A stretch of DNA of 64,000 bases from Octopus sinensis (taxonomy: Eukaryota): the NCBI RefSeq assembly GCF_006345805.1, contig NC_043010.1, positions 49,724,001 to 49,788,000 on the forward strand. Reading direction: 5' to 3'. The stretch's first letter is position 1, and the number at the start of each line of letters is the position of its first letter. Below the pieces are notes generated by a model. That model searched no databases. It was not told where the DNA came from and was given only the letters and a program-made list of their open reading frames with translations. The translations under genes were made by a program, and so were the position numbers. Of this stretch, positions 62,049 through 64,000 are shown piece by piece.

Positions 62049-62352
62049 CGGTTTTTTTGACTATTTATTAAAATTTTATGTATTGATTAAGTCTTTCCTT
62101 GTTTGTTTTGCAAAATAGTGGTTTTGTCTCTAATAATATTTTATAATATTTTACTATAAAATTGGATTTAATCCTAAATCTGATTTTTTCCCTGTAAATT
62201 TGGATTTATTCCCTAATATTTATTATTATATATATATATATAGTCATGCTGGGGCACTGTCTTGGGGAATTTTTAGTCTAATGAATTGACTCCAATACTA
62301 ATTTTTAAGCCTGTTATTCTATCAGTCTCTTCTGCTGTACCACTAAGTTATA

Positions 62353-62662
62353 GTGGCACATGGCTTAGTGGTTTGAGTATTCATCTCAAGATCATAAAGT
62401 CGTGAGTTCAATTCCCAGTGATGCATTGTGTTCTTGAGCAAGACACTTTATTTCACGTTGCTCCAGTTCACTCAGTTGGCAAAAATGGGCAGTACCTGTA
62501 TTTCAAAGGGCCCTACCTTGTCATATTCTGTGTCACACTGAATCTCCCTGAGAACTATGTTAAAGGTATATGAAGTGCTCAGCTACTTGTACATTAATTT
62601 CACAAACAAGCTGTTCGATCGAGCGGATCAACTGGAACCCTCGTTGTCGTAACCAACGGAGT
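62353..62662 (+). mobile_element. tRNA-headed SINE of another family (CTTGAGCAAGACACTTTATTTCAC core)
   Basis: A-box TGGCTTAGTGG and B-box GAGTTCAATTCCC. It is inserted in a decayed family A tail. Confidence 0.8.
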
Positions 62663-62679
62663 AGAACCTTGAAGGGTTC

Positions 62680-62960
62680 TAGTCAAACAAATTGACCCTA
62701 GAACTTGCGTTTTTGAAGCCTTGTACTTATTCTATCGACGTCTTTTGTTAAACCGCTCAGTCGCAAGTACTCCAGGTCGTAATACACCAGCACCGAGACA
62801 TACATATATATATACGACAGGCTTCTTTCAGTTTCCACCTACCAAATCCACTCGACAGGCTTTAGTAGAAGACCTTGCTCAAGTGCTATGCAGTGGGACT
62901 GAACCCGGAACCATGTGGTTGGGAAGTAAGCTTCTTACCACGCAGCCACGCCTGCGCCTA
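62680..62960 (-). mobile_element. Internally deleted family A SINE
   Basis: Reverse-complement match to the family A head and tail. Confidence 0.85.
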
Positions 62961-63357
62961 TACACACACACACACACACACATACACACGCCGTAGCTTA
63001 TTTTTAAATTTTGCCATGAAACGATATTGCTTTTTGATAGAATTGTACTGTTTATTGTGGTGACTTGTAATGCCGGTGCATAAACCCACTCCTGTAAAAT
63101 ATTTCTGCACCGAATACTGGTGTGGAATAAACCTCCCAGCACTAACGTTCCCTTTTTAGCTAACTGGCAACCAAGTGCTGTTTTTCCACCCCATCCCCCC
63201 CCACTTCATCCACACTCCCCTCCTTTCCCTTCCCTTTTCAATTGACATTTCAAGTACTATATCCTGCCTCCCCTGGTGGTTCCTTTCGGAGGTTGTCATC
63301 AATTTGGTTTGCCATGTGGTTTTCATGAGGTTCACATGATTTCTTACCATTGCTTGT

Positions 63358-63366
63358 GTGTGTGTG

Positions 63367-63410
<44 letters not shown>

Positions 63411-63572
63411 GTATATATATATGATATATATGTATATATATATGTATATATGTGTATATATATATATATGTATATATATATATGTATATATATATGTATA
63501 TATATATGTATATAATATATGTATATATATATGTATATTATATATGTATATATATATATATATATATATGTA

Positions 63573-63606
<34 letters not shown>

Positions 63607-63630
63607 GTATATGTATATATATATTATATG

Positions 63631-63663
<33 letters not shown>

Positions 63664-63846
63664 GTATTATATATATGTATATATATATATGTATATATAT
63701 ATGTATAATATATGTATATATGTATATATATATATGATATATATATGTATATGTATATATGTATATATATATGTATATATATATGTATATATGTATATAT
63801 ATATGTATATATATTATGTATATATATATTATATATATATATGTAT

Positions 63847-63887
<41 letters not shown>

Positions 63888-63909
63888 GTATATATATATT
63901 ATATATATG

Positions 63910-63960
<51 letters not shown>

Positions 63961-64000
63961 GTATATATATATGTATATATATATGTATATATATATGTAT
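63358..64000. repeat. Long interrupted (TA)n/(TATG) microsatellite running off the window
   Basis: Direct inspection. Confidence 0.99.

Larger units (their letters stand above)
61820..62145. repeat. Near-perfect palindrome (162/163-bp arms, 1-nt spacer), inverted Penelope pLTR-like
   Basis: Arms 61820-61981 and 61983-62145 are reverse complements, except for one single-base indel (AAAACAACAAGG vs CCTTGTTTGTTTT). Confidence 0.97.

Overview
AT-rich, microsatellite-dense eukaryotic genomic DNA. The SINE and MITE families look to me like octopus (coleoid cephalopod) repeats; this is recognition from memory, not a database result. No complete protein-coding gene is visible, and nearly all supplied ORFs are microsatellite, SINE or chance frames. 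The window reads as a CpG-retaining, probably bidirectional promoter at about 4.9-6.6 kb, followed by a very long, CpG-depleted, + strand intron-rich region. That region holds one convincing small coding exon (44997-45081, TLAVTDDTVLEAHNEDPALIQMRLIDDG, unidentified) and several weaker exon candidates. The rest is layered mobile DNA: decayed mariner elements, a CR1-type LINE fragment, a Helitron 5' end, Merlin-, hAT-, Tc1- and piggyBac-type MITEs with visible TIRs and TSDs, and at least five tRNA-headed SINE families. The standout is a set of Penelope-type non-autonomous elements carrying minimal hammerhead ribozymes. One is a 162-bp-arm palindrome with an intact hammerhead core on each strand (61820-62145). 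Another is a tRNA-headed (Pol III-type) element with a hammerhead tail and a 5' inverted duplication (20844-21119). Also notable are a bantam-like miRNA sequence in a partial hairpin (444-505) and a parent-daughter SINE pair that shares unique flank. Coordinates were counted by eye and may be off by a few bases at degenerate ends.
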